NCBI GenBank assembly: GCA_965223905.1
Contig: CBDCXV010000011.1
Span: forward strand, 416,001 to 480,000
Source: Candidatus Latescibacterota bacterium
Lineage (GTDB): Bacteria; Latescibacterota; UBA2968; UBA8231
Direction of reading: 5' to 3'
DNA: 64,000 bases
The notes beneath the pieces were generated by a model. It was not told the origin of the DNA and ran no database searches. It saw only the letters and a program-made list of their open reading frames with translations. A program made the position numbers and the translations under genes. Within the stretch, counting starts at the first letter, position 1. Each line of letters begins with the position of its first letter. Below are positions 18,991 to 29,322 of this stretch, piece by piece.

Positions 18991-19223
18991 CGAAAAGGGG
19001 CGAAGCCCAAAAAGCGGAGGAGAGGGAGACCGGAAACCGGAGGGCCCAACCTACCCGGCTCGCCTGCAGGGGTCAAGCAGAGTGGTCGGGGGAACAAGGC
19101 GGAGGGAGCGGTCGACGCGGCAGCGGGAATCCGGGATGTCCCGGTGAACAGGGCCATCGCAACGCTGAAGGGAATAGCCACACCGGAACCGGGGATCCAA
19201 AGCTCCTGTCCGGCAAATCGGAA

Positions 19224-19964
19224 TTACCGGGAATGACGGTAAATCGTGGAGAGAATCTTGAGGCCTGCCCGGATGCTTCCGGCCACTGTGCCGCTGATCT
19301 TCGACTCCCCAATGCGCCTTCGATAACTGACGGGTACCTCCACGATGCGCAGGCCCCTTTTTGCCGCCTTTATCTGCATCTCCACCGTCCATCCGAAATC
19401 GCGGTCCTCCATTCCCAACTGCTTGAGTGCCCGCCGGCTTATTGCCCGGAAGGGACCGAGATCGGTGTAAGACACCCCGAACAACAGGCGGATCAGCGAA
19501 GTGGCGAGAAGGTTGCCGAGCCGGGACTGGGGGGGAAGGGCGCCTGGTTGGCGACGGCCCAGCACTCGGGAACCGATGACGAGGTCCGCCCGATCGGCCC
19601 AGATGGGGGTCAGCAGTCGCGCCATTTCTTCGGGATGGTCGCTGTAGTCGCCGTCCAGGAAAACAACGACGTCGCACTCCCTGAGCGCGGCAATACCCGC
19701 CAGGCACGCCTGGCCGTACCCCTTTCGAGGTTCGCTGACCACCTCTGCGCCGGCCTCCTCCGCCCTGGCCGCGGTGTCGTCGGTCGAGCCGTTGTCCACG
19801 ACTACGACCTGGTCGACCACAGCATCGATCTGCCGGCCGTCCGCGAACCGCTTCGGTATGTCGGCGAGCACCCTGCCGATCGCTTCCCCCTCGTCGCGAG
19901 CCGGTATGACAACACCGACCGACCGCCTGGGCAGGGAAGCCTGGGAAGGATCACCGAGAGACAT
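19224..19964 (-). CDS. Glycosyltransferase family 2 (DPM1-like)
   Basis: VVIPARDE, VVVDNGSTD, FLDGD, TDLGPFRAI, GWTVEMQ. Confidence 0.9.
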   Translation of the reverse strand: MSLGDPSQASLPRRSVGVVIPARDEGEAIGRVLADIPKRFADGRQIDAVVDQVVVVDNGSTDDTAARAEEAGAEVVSEPRKGYGQACLAGIAALRECDVVVFLDGDYSDHPEEMARLLTPIWADRADLVIGSRVLGRRQPGALPPQSRLGNLLATSLIRLLFGVSYTDLGPFRAISRRALKQLGMEDRDFGWTVEMQIKAAKRGLRIVEVPVSYRRRIGESKISGTVAGSIRAGLKILSTIYRHSR

Positions 19965-20166
19965 ACCTCGCGTTCGCGCGGCTAGCGCGAAAACCGGAGG
20001 GAAGGGAGGACCGCGAGCAATCGCGGGCCAAGTAAGGCAGGAGCCCCTGCGCAAACGGCCGCGTACCCCCGGTCCGCATCAGGCTGCCCGCTGGAAATGG
20101 AAATCAAACTGGTTTTCCACCAGCTCCCGGAAGGGAGTCAGCTTGAACCGGGGATCGGGGGATCTG

Positions 20167-21024
20167 CTACAAATGCGTCTCGATCCAGGAGAGCAGCGTG
20201 TCGACGACTTCGGGGTCTTGCAGCATGTCAAGCCCGTGTGCGTCCTGACCTGGGAAAACTTTCAAGTATTTCGGATCGCCTGTGCGGTCATTCAGGTACG
20301 AGGCGAGGGCTGGGTAGGTCAATATCTCCGTTTCGCTGATCTGTCCAAGAATGTCGTTTTCGGAGACGAGGAACATCATCGAGTGCGGAGAGAAGTTCTC
20401 CACCTGCTCACCGACAGCGAGCAGTTCCAGCGTACGGGGATCCAAGACTCCGGGAGAGAGGGCGACACCTGCCCGGAGATCGTCCGGGAAAGCCCCCATG
20501 CTCACGTAAGCGACATTGCCTCCTACTCCGGCACCGACGATGGCGACGCGGCCGATGTCCGCGGAGGGCTCGGTTTTCAACCAGTTCAGGGCGGCGCGGA
20601 CATCGAGGTGGAAGTTTCCGATATCGGAGATCAGCAGGACCTGCTGGGGGCGGCCGTCGTCCGGGTACGGAGTGTTGCCGTGGCCGCGCAGGTCGATGGC
20701 CAGGGGGGAATACCCCTCTTCGAGGAGCCGTTCGAACAAGCCGGCGATCAACCATTCCAGCCCGCCGAAGAACCCGCTCATTTCCCCGATATCGTGGACG
20801 AGGATCACCACCGGGTTCGGCCCGGGCCCCGTCGTGTGACCGTAACGGGCGCTGATCTCGACGCTGTCCACCGTTGTGAAGGTGACATCCTTGACTGGAT
20901 AGACAATGCCCGGTCCGGTGGGAAAATCCGGCCCTTCTATGGCGATTTCGTCGTCCTCGGTGCCGCAGCCTGCGGCCAGCAAGAACACCAAGGGGAAGAG
21001 CAGTTGCCGAACGAAGGTTTTCAT
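20167..21024 (-). CDS. Alpha/beta-hydrolase-fold lipoprotein
   Basis: Lipobox LLAAGC, VVILVH, DLRGHG, nucleophile elbow GAGVGG, C-terminal His (AHG). Confidence 0.75.
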   Translation of the reverse strand: MKTFVRQLLFPLVFLLAAGCGTEDDEIAIEGPDFPTGPGIVYPVKDVTFTTVDSVEISARYGHTTGPGPNPVVILVHDIGEMSGFFGGLEWLIAGLFERLLEEGYSPLAIDLRGHGNTPYPDDGRPQQVLLISDIGNFHLDVRAALNWLKTEPSADIGRVAIVGAGVGGNVAYVSMGAFPDDLRAGVALSPGVLDPRTLELLAVGEQVENFSPHSMMFLVSENDILGQISETEILTYPALASYLNDRTGDPKYLKVFPGQDAHGLDMLQDPEVVDTLLSWIETHL

Positions 21025-21158
21025 GCTACTCCTGTGGTTCTTCCCCTTGCGAATTTCCCTTGCCATTGCGTACAGCGCATGGATTTGCACAGCTCGTAAA
21101 TTTAAGGTAACCAGGGAAATCGAGCGGTGCCAACCAATACTACCTAACTCCCGGATCG

Positions 21159-22898
21159 ATGATTCGCATACGAGACCTGCGTTTCTCCTTTCCCGGTGCC
21201 AGTACGAGCGCCCTGGACAGGGTGAGCATCGATATCGCACCCGGAGAGCGGGTCGCCGTCATCGGACCGAACGCCTCGGGCAAGACCACCCTTGCCCGCT
21301 GCCTGAACGGACTCCTGCTGCCGGGCTCCGGTTCGGTAACGGTCGATGATCTCGACACCCGGAATCGAGATTCGCTCCCGTCGCTGCGCCGCCTCGTGGC
21401 GATGGTGTTTCAGAACCCCGACGATCAGCTGGTCGCCACCACGGTGGAAACCGAGATCGCCTTCGGGCTGGAAAACCTCGGCGTTCCGCCCCCGCGGATG
21501 CGGCAGCGCGTTGCCGAAGTGCTGGATCGCTTCGGGCTGGAGCGCTACCGAGGCCATCCGCCCCACCTGCTGTCGGGCGGAGAGAAGCAGCGCTTGGCCA
21601 TCGCCGCGGGTTTCGCCCTGCGGCCTCGCTATTTCGTCCTGGACGAGCCGACCTCGATGCTGGATTCGGTTGGTCGCGCACAGCTGCTCGACGAAATCGA
21701 TGAACTGAGCTCGAGAGAGCGGATCGCGACAATCCAGATCACCCAAGATGCCGAAGAAGCCTGTCGCGCCGATCGCGTGATCGTGATGGAACGCGGCCGC
21801 ATCCTGCTCGATGCGGCCCCCGATGCGGTCTTTGCCGAGAGGGAACGCCTGCAGGAAATCGGTCTGGAAATCCCCTTTCTCTTCGCACTCGCCCGGAAGG
21901 TTTCGGCTGCTGGTGGAACGGTTCCCGTGCGGCCGTCGCTCCCCGATCTCGCCAAGCGCGTGGTCGATCTGTGCGATGGAGAAGGCGGGTTTTGTTTCGG
22001 GAGCCTTCAGAGCGGTGGCATCGAAAGCATCGGCGAGACGCCCCCTTCCCTGCGGGTCGAAGACATCCACTTCTCCTATGAGGTAGGTCCTGGTCGAAAG
22101 ATAGAGGCGCTGGAAGGGGTAACCGCGAACCTATCCACCGGAGGGGCAGTCGGGATCATCGGCAGGAGCGGTTCGGGAAAGAGCACCCTCGCCCAACATC
22201 TGAACGGGCTGCTCGCCCCAAGTCGCGGGCGGGTGCTGCTCGACCACAAGGATCTGTCGCACCCTTCCGAGACAGCCCGCATCCGCAGACGCATCGGCCT
22301 GGTTTTTCAGTACCCCGAGGTTCAGCTTTTCGAGGAGACCGTCGCTGCGGACGTCGCATTCGGTCCGGTGAGCGCCGGCTGCGACGCCGGCGAAACGCAG
22401 CGTCGCGTACGCGCGGCTCTGGCAGCCGTGGCGCTGCCTCACGAGCAGTACGGTGCCCGCCCCCCGACCGCCCTCAGCGGCGGGGAGCGGCGGCGGGCGG
22501 CCATAGCCGGAGTGCTGGCCATGGAGCCGGAGGTGCTGGTCATGGACGAACCCACCGCCGGCCTCGACCCCGCCGGGTTCGCCGGCCTCCTCAACCTCCT
22601 CGCCAAGCTGCGAAAACAGGGAGTCCTTCTGGTGCTGATAACCCACGACGTCAGACTCGTGGCCGCGGCGACCGCCTGGGTCGTCGCCCTCGACCGGGGA
22701 CGGGTCGTGCTCGAAGGCAGAACCGAGGAGGTGCTGACCCATCCGGATTTCAGCCGCCTGACCGGGCTGGAACCTCCCCCCGCGGTGCGCTTTGCACAGC
22801 AGCTGTCGGCGGCTGGTCTTCCGGTCCCCCCGGGCATCACGCGCCAGAAGCAGGTTCTGGATTTAGTAGGCGCCCTGACTGGAGTTGCCGATGAGTGA
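21159..22898 (+). CDS. Fused double ECF-transporter ATPase (EcfA-EcfA')
   Basis: Two ABC domains: GPNASGKTT/FQNPDDQ/LSGGEKQR/DEPTSMLD and GRSGSGKST/FQYPEVQLF/LSGGERRR/DEPTAGLD. Confidence 0.88.
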   Translation: MIRIRDLRFSFPGASTSALDRVSIDIAPGERVAVIGPNASGKTTLARCLNGLLLPGSGSVTVDDLDTRNRDSLPSLRRLVAMVFQNPDDQLVATTVETEIAFGLENLGVPPPRMRQRVAEVLDRFGLERYRGHPPHLLSGGEKQRLAIAAGFALRPRYFVLDEPTSMLDSVGRAQLLDEIDELSSRERIATIQITQDAEEACRADRVIVMERGRILLDAAPDAVFAERERLQEIGLEIPFLFALARKVSAAGGTVPVRPSLPDLAKRVVDLCDGEGGFCFGSLQSGGIESIGETPPSLRVEDIHFSYEVGPGRKIEALEGVTANLSTGGAVGIIGRSGSGKSTLAQHLNGLLAPSRGRVLLDHKDLSHPSETARIRRRIGLVFQYPEVQLFEETVAADVAFGPVSAGCDAGETQRRVRAALAAVALPHEQYGARPPTALSGGERRRAAIAGVLAMEPEVLVMDEPTAGLDPAGFAGLLNLLAKLRKQGVLLVLITHDVRLVAAATAWVVALDRGRVVLEGRTEEVLTHPDFSRLTGLEPPPAVRFAQQLSAAGLPVPPGITRQKQVLDLVGALTGVADE

Positions 22899-24192
22899 AA
22901 CAGTCGTCATCCGCAATGGGCGCGTCCTCGACCCCGGGAACGGCTTAGACGCCGTTGCCGATGTCTGGATTGAGGACGGAGCAGTGCGCGCGGTAGGAGC
23001 CGGACTGCAGATTCCCGACGGGACGGCTTCGCTCGATGCGAGCGGCATGCTGGTCACCCCGGGCTGGATCGACTCGCACGTCCATTTCCGTGAGCCGGGT
23101 TTCGAGGCCAAGGAGACCATCGCCAGCGGCAGCGCCGCCGCGGCCGCCGGGGGATTCACCGCGGTCGCCACCATGCCCAATACCGAGCTGCCACCCGATT
23201 CCGCGGCCGCCCTTGCCGACCTGCAGGCACGGGCGGCAGGGGCCTGCGTACGCGTCTACCCGATCGGCTGCGTCACCGAGAGGCGTGCGGGGAAACGCTT
23301 GGCCCCGCTGGCGGATCTCGCCGCCGCAGGGGCGGTGGCCTTTTCGGACGACGGCGATCCGGTAGCCGATGCGGGCCTGATGGAAGCGGCCCTCGCGGTC
23401 TCGCGGCAGACCGGGGTTCCCCTGTTCCCGCACGAGGAGGTCAAGGAGTTGACAGCGGGGGGCTGCATGCACGAGGGAGCGGTTTCTCGGCGCCTCGGAG
23501 TCCAGGGCATGCCCTCGGCTGGGGAAGAGGAGATGATCGCCCGCGACATCGGGCTCGTCGAACGTTGCGGAGGACACCTGCACGTAGCGCACATCAGTAC
23601 GGCTGGCTCGGTCTTTCTGGTTCGCGAAGCCAAGGGAAGGGGGCTGGCAGTTACCTGCGAGGTGCTGCCGCACCATTTCGCCCTGACCGACCAGGCCGTC
23701 GCGGAGCAGGGCACGGCTGCCAAGATGAGCCCCCCGCTGCGCGGGAAATCGGACGTCGAGGCGATGCTCGCCGGACTGCGGGACGGCACCATCGACACGA
23801 TCGCCACCGACCATGCCCCTCACACCGCCGCGGAGAAACGACTCCCGCTCACCGAGGCGCCGTTCGGCATCGTCGGACTGGAAACCGCGGTCGGCCTGAC
23901 CTTCACCTGTCTGGTCGAGACCGGGGTCCTCGGCGCCGCCCAGGCGATCGCAAAATGGACCACCGAGCCGGCGCGCATACTCAAGCTGCCGGGAGGGCGG
24001 CTCGACATCGGCGCACCCGGCGACGTGACGGTCATTGATCCCGCCAGGCGCTGGACCGTAAGGCCGGAGCGTTTCCGGTCGAAGTCGAGCAACACCCCGT
24101 TCGCAGGCTGCAGGCTCACCGGCAAGGCGGTGGCCACCATAGTCGGAGGCCGCGTCGTTCACGACGAGATTTCAGAGCGAAAAGAAGGGTGA
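22891..24192 (+). CDS. pyrC: Dihydroorotase
   Basis: DSHVHFREPG, MPNT, HVAHIST, PPLR, ATDHAPH, SKSSNTPF. Confidence 0.92.
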   Translation: MSETVVIRNGRVLDPGNGLDAVADVWIEDGAVRAVGAGLQIPDGTASLDASGMLVTPGWIDSHVHFREPGFEAKETIASGSAAAAAGGFTAVATMPNTELPPDSAAALADLQARAAGACVRVYPIGCVTERRAGKRLAPLADLAAAGAVAFSDDGDPVADAGLMEAALAVSRQTGVPLFPHEEVKELTAGGCMHEGAVSRRLGVQGMPSAGEEEMIARDIGLVERCGGHLHVAHISTAGSVFLVREAKGRGLAVTCEVLPHHFALTDQAVAEQGTAAKMSPPLRGKSDVEAMLAGLRDGTIDTIATDHAPHTAAEKRLPLTEAPFGIVGLETAVGLTFTCLVETGVLGAAQAIAKWTTEPARILKLPGGRLDIGAPGDVTVIDPARRWTVRPERFRSKSSNTPFAGCRLTGKAVATIVGGRVVHDEISERKEG

Positions 24193-25515
24193 GGACTGGA
24201 AAGCGTCCTCGACATGGGTGACAGCGCCTTCCTCCTCCCCGGGCCCTAGCTGCACGGCTATAACGTCGAACCTCACCTCGCATTTCCGGGGGATACCGCG
24301 GCGGCGTATGAAATGCCTGGCAGCGCGCGTCACGCGTTCCTGTTTTTGGGCATCCACCCTCAGCTCCGGGGGGTAGAGCCGGGATTCGCTCGCCTTGACC
24401 TCGACGAACACCAGGCAGTTCAGTCCGCGTGCCACGATGTCGACCTCCGCCCCGGCGCCGCGGTAGTTGCGCTCTAGCAGGCGATACCCCATGCCAACCA
24501 GGTGATCCGCGGCCAGCTGCTCGCCGCGGGCGCCGATATCCCGCAAGCGCCTGCGGCGCTCCCGAACCGAAACCTCGAACTGTCGCTCCTCGTCCTTTGA
24601 AAGGGGAATCGCCGTCTTTTCGGAACGCAGCCAGCGCTCGAGGTCCTCCCAGCTGGTCAAAGCCTCCAGCTGCCGGCGTCGCTGCCGGAGGGCCAGGCTG
24701 GGGGCGGGGCGAAGGCGTTCTGCAACCGGCTCGAAAGAGCGCCGGTGCAGAGGACAGGGGCCGTATTTCTCGAGGGCCTTGCGATGGCGAGCGCTCGCGT
24801 AGCCCTTGTTACTGGCGAATCCGTACTGCGGGTATCTCAGATCCAGCTCGACCATCATCCGGTCGCGGTGCACCTTGGCGACGATCGCCGCCGCGGCGAT
24901 GGATACCGAGCGTTCGTCACCGCGAACAATGGCCGTCTCCGGGAATGGGGTTCCGGGCTTGAAGGCGCCGTCGACGAGAACCCGATCGGGCCGTGGGTCC
25001 AGTTCCAGCAGGGCTTTTCTCATCGCCTTCAGGGAAGCCTGCAGGATGTTGAGCTCGTCGATCTCAGGGACCTCGACGGACGCTACCGCGGAGCAATGTG
25101 CCTGTTCGAGAATCTGCCCGAAAAGCCCCTCGCGCACCTCCGGTTGCAGCTTCTTCGAATCGTCGACCTCCCACAACTCGACGCCTGGGCGGAAGGCGAC
25201 GGCCGCGGCCACCACTGGCCCGGCCAGGCACCCGCGGCCGACTTCGTCCACTCCTGCCACCACCTGAACCCCCGACTGCCAGAGTCGGGTTTCGAATTCC
25301 CGCATCCGTCGGGCGCGGGTGCACTCGGACTCGCGCCGGCGCATTTGCTCGCGGGCCCGAACGGCGATCCTGCGCACCCCTGCTCGCCGGTCGCGCTCGA
25401 GAACCCGGCAAGCACGCTGGTCGATGTCGGGGTGGGACCGTATCAGCTCGTCTACCTGGGAGACCGAGAGCCGTTCGACGACTCTGGGTGTTATGCGAGT
25501 TACGGCCGTGGCCAT
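24172..25515 (-). CDS. rnhB: Ribonuclease HII fused to C-terminal YraN (UPF0102) domain
   Basis: AGVDEVGRGCLAGPV, DSKKL, SIAAAAIVAKV, NKGY, HRRSF, then GARGEQLA...RNYR...EVDIVA...VFVEVK...RFDVIAV. Confidence 0.92.
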   Translation of the reverse strand: MATAVTRITPRVVERLSVSQVDELIRSHPDIDQRACRVLERDRRAGVRRIAVRAREQMRRRESECTRARRMREFETRLWQSGVQVVAGVDEVGRGCLAGPVVAAAVAFRPGVELWEVDDSKKLQPEVREGLFGQILEQAHCSAVASVEVPEIDELNILQASLKAMRKALLELDPRPDRVLVDGAFKPGTPFPETAIVRGDERSVSIAAAAIVAKVHRDRMMVELDLRYPQYGFASNKGYASARHRKALEKYGPCPLHRRSFEPVAERLRPAPSLALRQRRRQLEALTSWEDLERWLRSEKTAIPLSKDEERQFEVSVRERRRRLRDIGARGEQLAADHLVGMGYRLLERNYRGAGAEVDIVARGLNCLVFVEVKASESRLYPPELRVDAQKQERVTRAARHFIRRRGIPRKCEVRFDVIAVQLGPGEEEGAVTHVEDAFQSSPFFSL

Positions 25516-25640
25516 GGCCTCATCCCGTCCATAGTGCGATTGACACGGCCTCTGGGTCCTTTATGTTGACGCACGTGCATGCAAGTCGGTTGAGGGAAAC
25601 CCTCCCGGTTTTTTCGGGTCCATAGTCTGAAGGGGATCCA

Positions 25641-26258
25641 ATGTCGGTGGATAAAATGGCAAAGATTGCAGCCGCGGTCCTGGTGGCTGCGGGGTTTGCG
25701 TTACGGCCGCTGCCCGTCCCGGCGCAGACCGACATCGAAATACAGCCACTGACCCAGTCGGACACCCGGCTGTACCTCAACGACGGCACAGTCGTTATGG
25801 GCCGCCTGATCGAGCACAGCAAGGACCTCGTAATCGTTCAGGTAAAAGAGCAGGTCTTCACCTTCGAGCTCGAGGAGATCGACCGCATCGTAACCCTCGA
25901 TTCTCTCGGAGCGGGGGCGCGGACCGTCTCCGTAATCGAGTTTCCGTATATCAGCTTTCTCGGCGGAACCGTCGCGTTCGGCCTGCTGTCGTGGCTGCAG
26001 TTCGACACCGCTTCGGACCGCGACCGCGACGCCGACCTCAACGCGGCCAGCGGCGTCTTCGAACGTGCCCGCGAGCTGCGCGACAAGGCCGAGCGCGCGC
26101 GTCTGCTGGGGTGGTCCACGACGGTACTGGCCGCCGGCAGCACCGTCGTGGCGCTGGTTCCGCGCAGGGAGAAACGGCGGATTTTTCCCGAACTCACGCT
26201 GCAGCCTCCAGCCTCCGGCTCACCCGGGTTTCTGCTGGCCTACAACAGACGCTTCTGA
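25641..26258 (+). CDS. Hypothetical exported/membrane protein
   Basis: Signal peptide, small beta domain (LYLNDGTVVMGRLIE), two hydrophobic segments. Fills the gap between assigned genes. Confidence 0.7.
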   Translation: MSVDKMAKIAAAVLVAAGFALRPLPVPAQTDIEIQPLTQSDTRLYLNDGTVVMGRLIEHSKDLVIVQVKEQVFTFELEEIDRIVTLDSLGAGARTVSVIEFPYISFLGGTVAFGLLSWLQFDTASDRDRDADLNAASGVFERARELRDKAERARLLGWSTTVLAAGSTVVALVPRREKRRIFPELTLQPPASGSPGFLLAYNRRF

Positions 26259-26352
26259 TCCGCAAGCGGCTAGTGTGCCGCCCCGAGAGGAACCTGCCAA
26301 TTCGAAGGCGGCGAAACGCACTCTTTCGTACTGGTACTCACGCACGCAGGCG

Positions 26353-26838
26353 CTATTTTGCCTCCGGGGGTTCCGACCGCGGGTCGGGAGAAGGCACCCT
26401 GGCCGCGATGAAGTCGACAAGGCCGCGCAAAGCCAGCAGGTAGCTGTCGCTACCGAACCCTGCAATCTGTCCGACGCACACTGGCGCCACGACCGAGTTC
26501 CTGCGGAACCGCTCTCGGGCGTGCACGTTCGTAAGGTGAACTTCCACCGCCGGGAGACCCGCCGCCGCCACTGAGTCCCTTACGGCCAGACTGTAGTGGG
26601 TGAGGGCTCCGGGGTTGATGACCACACCCTGCGCCCAGCCGCCGGCCTCGTGAATAGCGTCGATTATCGCGCCCTCGTGATTCGATTGCTCGATCCTGAG
26701 TTCGACACCGAGCTCTCCGGCAAGGGCTCGCAGAGCAGCATCGATGTCGGCAAGCGTTCCGGAGCCGTACACCTCGGGTTCGCGCCTGCCCAGCAGGTTG
26801 AGATTGGGACCGTGTACGACCAGAACTCGTAGCGCCAC
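26353..26838 (-). CDS. aroQ: Type II 3-dehydroquinate dehydratase
   Basis: [37 protein letters not shown]. Confidence 0.96.
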   Translation of the reverse strand: MALRVLVVHGPNLNLLGRREPEVYGSGTLADIDAALRALAGELGVELRIEQSNHEGAIIDAIHEAGGWAQGVVINPGALTHYSLAVRDSVAAAGLPAVEVHLTNVHARERFRRNSVVAPVCVGQIAGFGSDSYLLALRGLVDFIAARVPSPDPRSEPPEAK

Positions 26839-26853
26839 TGTTGTCCTGCCCTT

Positions 26854-27591
26854 CTATTGACCTGTCACTCGGATATGGCGAGCGGCGCGTTCCAGCACCA
26901 GCGCCGACAGAACCACGCAGGCGGTATCCGCCCGCAGCGTTCGCTCTCCCCAGGAGAACGGCTGCACACCCGAGGCGACCGCTGCCGCCTCCTCTGTTCC
27001 CGAGAAGCCCCCTTCCGGGCCTGTCATCAGACCGACGGAGGCATCATCCGCATTCAGGAACTCCCATTCCGGGTGCGCCTTCCCTCGGGGGACCGAAGCC
27101 ATCACCACGGTGCCGCAATCGCGCAGCAAGGCAGCCAGAGCATCCTCGAAGTCACGTGGCTCCCTTACCTGAGGTACCTGGGAGCGACCGCATTGTTTTG
27201 CCGCCTCCCGCGCCAAGCGCTGCCAGCGCTGAGAACGGCTTCCGGTCGCAACCCCCCTTTCCGCCATCATCGGCCGGATCGAGGCCACTCCGACCTCCGT
27301 CGCCTTTTCGACGACATGATCAAAGCGATGACTGCCCTTCATCACCGCCGCGGCGAGATGGAGCCGCACCGGACTTTCGCCGCGCTCAGGCTCTCTGTCC
27401 ATAATAAGGCCGTGCACCGAGGTGCGCTCGATTCTATCGATGCGCACACGGTAGAATCCCCCCTGCCCGTCGACAACCTCGACGAAGTCTCCGACGGAAT
27501 ACCTGCGGACAGTGACGTGGTGGGCTTCATCCCCCCGCAGCGTCAGCCGATCGGCGACGATATCATCGGGGTGTACGAGAAAGGAAGGCAT
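26854..27591 (-). CDS. rsmE: 16S rRNA m3U1498 methyltransferase
   Basis: EKATEVG, EAAKQCGR, GPEGGFS, LRADTA. Confidence 0.93.
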   Translation of the reverse strand: MPSFLVHPDDIVADRLTLRGDEAHHVTVRRYSVGDFVEVVDGQGGFYRVRIDRIERTSVHGLIMDREPERGESPVRLHLAAAVMKGSHRFDHVVEKATEVGVASIRPMMAERGVATGSRSQRWQRLAREAAKQCGRSQVPQVREPRDFEDALAALLRDCGTVVMASVPRGKAHPEWEFLNADDASVGLMTGPEGGFSGTEEAAAVASGVQPFSWGERTLRADTACVVLSALVLERAARHIRVTGQ

Positions 27592-27613
27592 TTTCTCCCT
27601 CTTGTGCGGGGGC

Positions 27614-28507
27614 TCACAACGGGCGGGCGGAAATACCGAGCCAGCAGTTCCTCTCCCAGCGGCGAACGACGGCGAGGCCTGCCTCGCACAACCGGGATTC
27701 GAATCGATCCCGCTCGGCGGCCAGAAGACCGGAAAACAGGATTCTCCCGTCGGCGGCGATCAATTTCCGCAAGACAGGCAGGATCGGAAGCTGGAATCGG
27801 CTCTCGAGATTGGCGGCGATCACGTCGAAAGGGCCCTCTCCGGCGGCCTCGACGCTGCCGAGGAGGACGCACACGCGGCCGCGGGCGCCATCCGCATTCG
27901 ATCCGAGGTTGGCCTCCACGTTTTTCCGCGCACAGTTGACGGCGTCGGAATCGACATCGACGGCGACCACCTCCCTCGCATCGAGTTTGACCGCGGCAAT
28001 CGCCAGAATGCCGGTGCCGGTGCCGACGTCGAGGCAGCGCCGCCCGCGCAGTTCCGTGCCCGCGAGCCCTTCGAGGCACAGCTGTGTCGACTCGTGGGTG
28101 CCAGTCCCGAAGGCCATCGCAGGCTCGATTGCGATGGCGATGTCTCCGGGGGAGGTCTCGACCTCGATCCAGGGAGGGTGGACGACCATGTCGGGGGTTG
28201 GCCGCACTTCCTTGTAGAAACGCCGCCATTCCGCGTTCCAGTCGCGGTCGGCGATGGAGTCTGAGTCGATGCCCAGTGGCGAGATTGCGCCCCCTTTGAG
28301 CGCCTCTTCAAGAGTAGAACGGAGAGGCCGCTGTGCCGAGGGAGGCTCATTCTCGAAGTAGGCGACGATTGTGGACGTGTCACTGGCCTCGTCGATCACC
28401 TCGACGCCGGTGCTGCCGCAGTCGAAGCAGAGTCCGACCGCGGCATCTACATCCTTGCCGCGTAAGGTGAGGGCGACGCGCTGCCAACTCGCCGCTGTCG
28501 GGCTCAC
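27614..28507 (-). CDS. prmA: Ribosomal protein L11 methyltransferase
   Basis: IEPAMAFGTGTHEST, LDVGTGTGILAI, ANL, SGLL. GTG start overlaps the mrp stop. Confidence 0.92.
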   Translation of the reverse strand: MSPTAASWQRVALTLRGKDVDAAVGLCFDCGSTGVEVIDEASDTSTIVAYFENEPPSAQRPLRSTLEEALKGGAISPLGIDSDSIADRDWNAEWRRFYKEVRPTPDMVVHPPWIEVETSPGDIAIAIEPAMAFGTGTHESTQLCLEGLAGTELRGRRCLDVGTGTGILAIAAVKLDAREVVAVDVDSDAVNCARKNVEANLGSNADGARGRVCVLLGSVEAAGEGPFDVIAANLESRFQLPILPVLRKLIAADGRILFSGLLAAERDRFESRLCEAGLAVVRRWERNCWLGISARPL

Positions 28508-29322
28508 GGGGCAGGCAAGTCCTCCAGCGACGCCAACACCCGGGCTGCGAGGGAGTCGAAAATCCGTTTCTCCTCGCCGCCGCTGCCTGCCGCTACCGGA
28601 TGGCCGCGATCCCCACCCGACCGGATTCTCTGCGATATCGGGATCTCCCCGAGGAAGGTAATGTCGAGGCGCTCTGCGAGAGCCCGGCCCCCGCCTTCCC
28701 CGAAAAGACGATGGCGTTTGCCACACGACGGACAGTCGTAGTAGCTCATGTTCTCTATGAGCCCCAACACCTCGACCTCGACCTTGTCGAACATGGCGAT
28801 GCCGCGCTCGACGTCGTCGAGGGCGACGTCCTGCGGGGTCGTGACGATTGCGGCCCCCGACAGGGCCACCGCCTGGCTGAGAGTCAGGGGGATATCTCCC
28901 GTACCGGGAGGGAGGTCGATGAAGAGACAGTCGAGCTCCCCCCATTCGACTTGGCCGAGAAACTGCTGCACAGCCTGCGCCAACAGTGGACCGCGCCAGA
29001 CCACGGGGGTGTTCTCGTCGGCGATGAATCCCATCGACATGACGGCGACGCCGCGGCGGAGGATCGGAAGCAGGCGATCGCCGTCCGTCAACTCCGGCTG
29101 CTCCTTGATCCCGAGCATCAGTGGGGCGCTGGGCCCGTAGATATCGGCGTCCAGGAGGCCGACCCGCGCCCCAGTGCCGGCGGCGCTCAGCGCTAGGTTG
29201 ACGCTGACGGTGGACTTGCCCACCCCTCCCTTGGCGCTGGCTACCGCAACGATGTTGCGCACTCCCGGAACGGTTGCGTTCGCGGGTACCGTGCGCGGCA
29301 CCGAGGCCGTCCGTTCACCCAC
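28504..29322 (-). CDS. mrp: Mrp/NBP35/ApbC Fe-S carrier ATPase
   Basis: [45 protein letters not shown]. Confidence 0.93.
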   Translation of the reverse strand: MGERTASVPRTVPANATVPGVRNIVAVASAKGGVGKSTVSVNLALSAAGTGARVGLLDADIYGPSAPLMLGIKEQPELTDGDRLLPILRRGVAVMSMGFIADENTPVVWRGPLLAQAVQQFLGQVEWGELDCLFIDLPPGTGDIPLTLSQAVALSGAAIVTTPQDVALDDVERGIAMFDKVEVEVLGLIENMSYYDCPSCGKRHRLFGEGGGRALAERLDITFLGEIPISQRIRSGGDRGHPVAAGSGGEEKRIFDSLAARVLASLEDLPAP

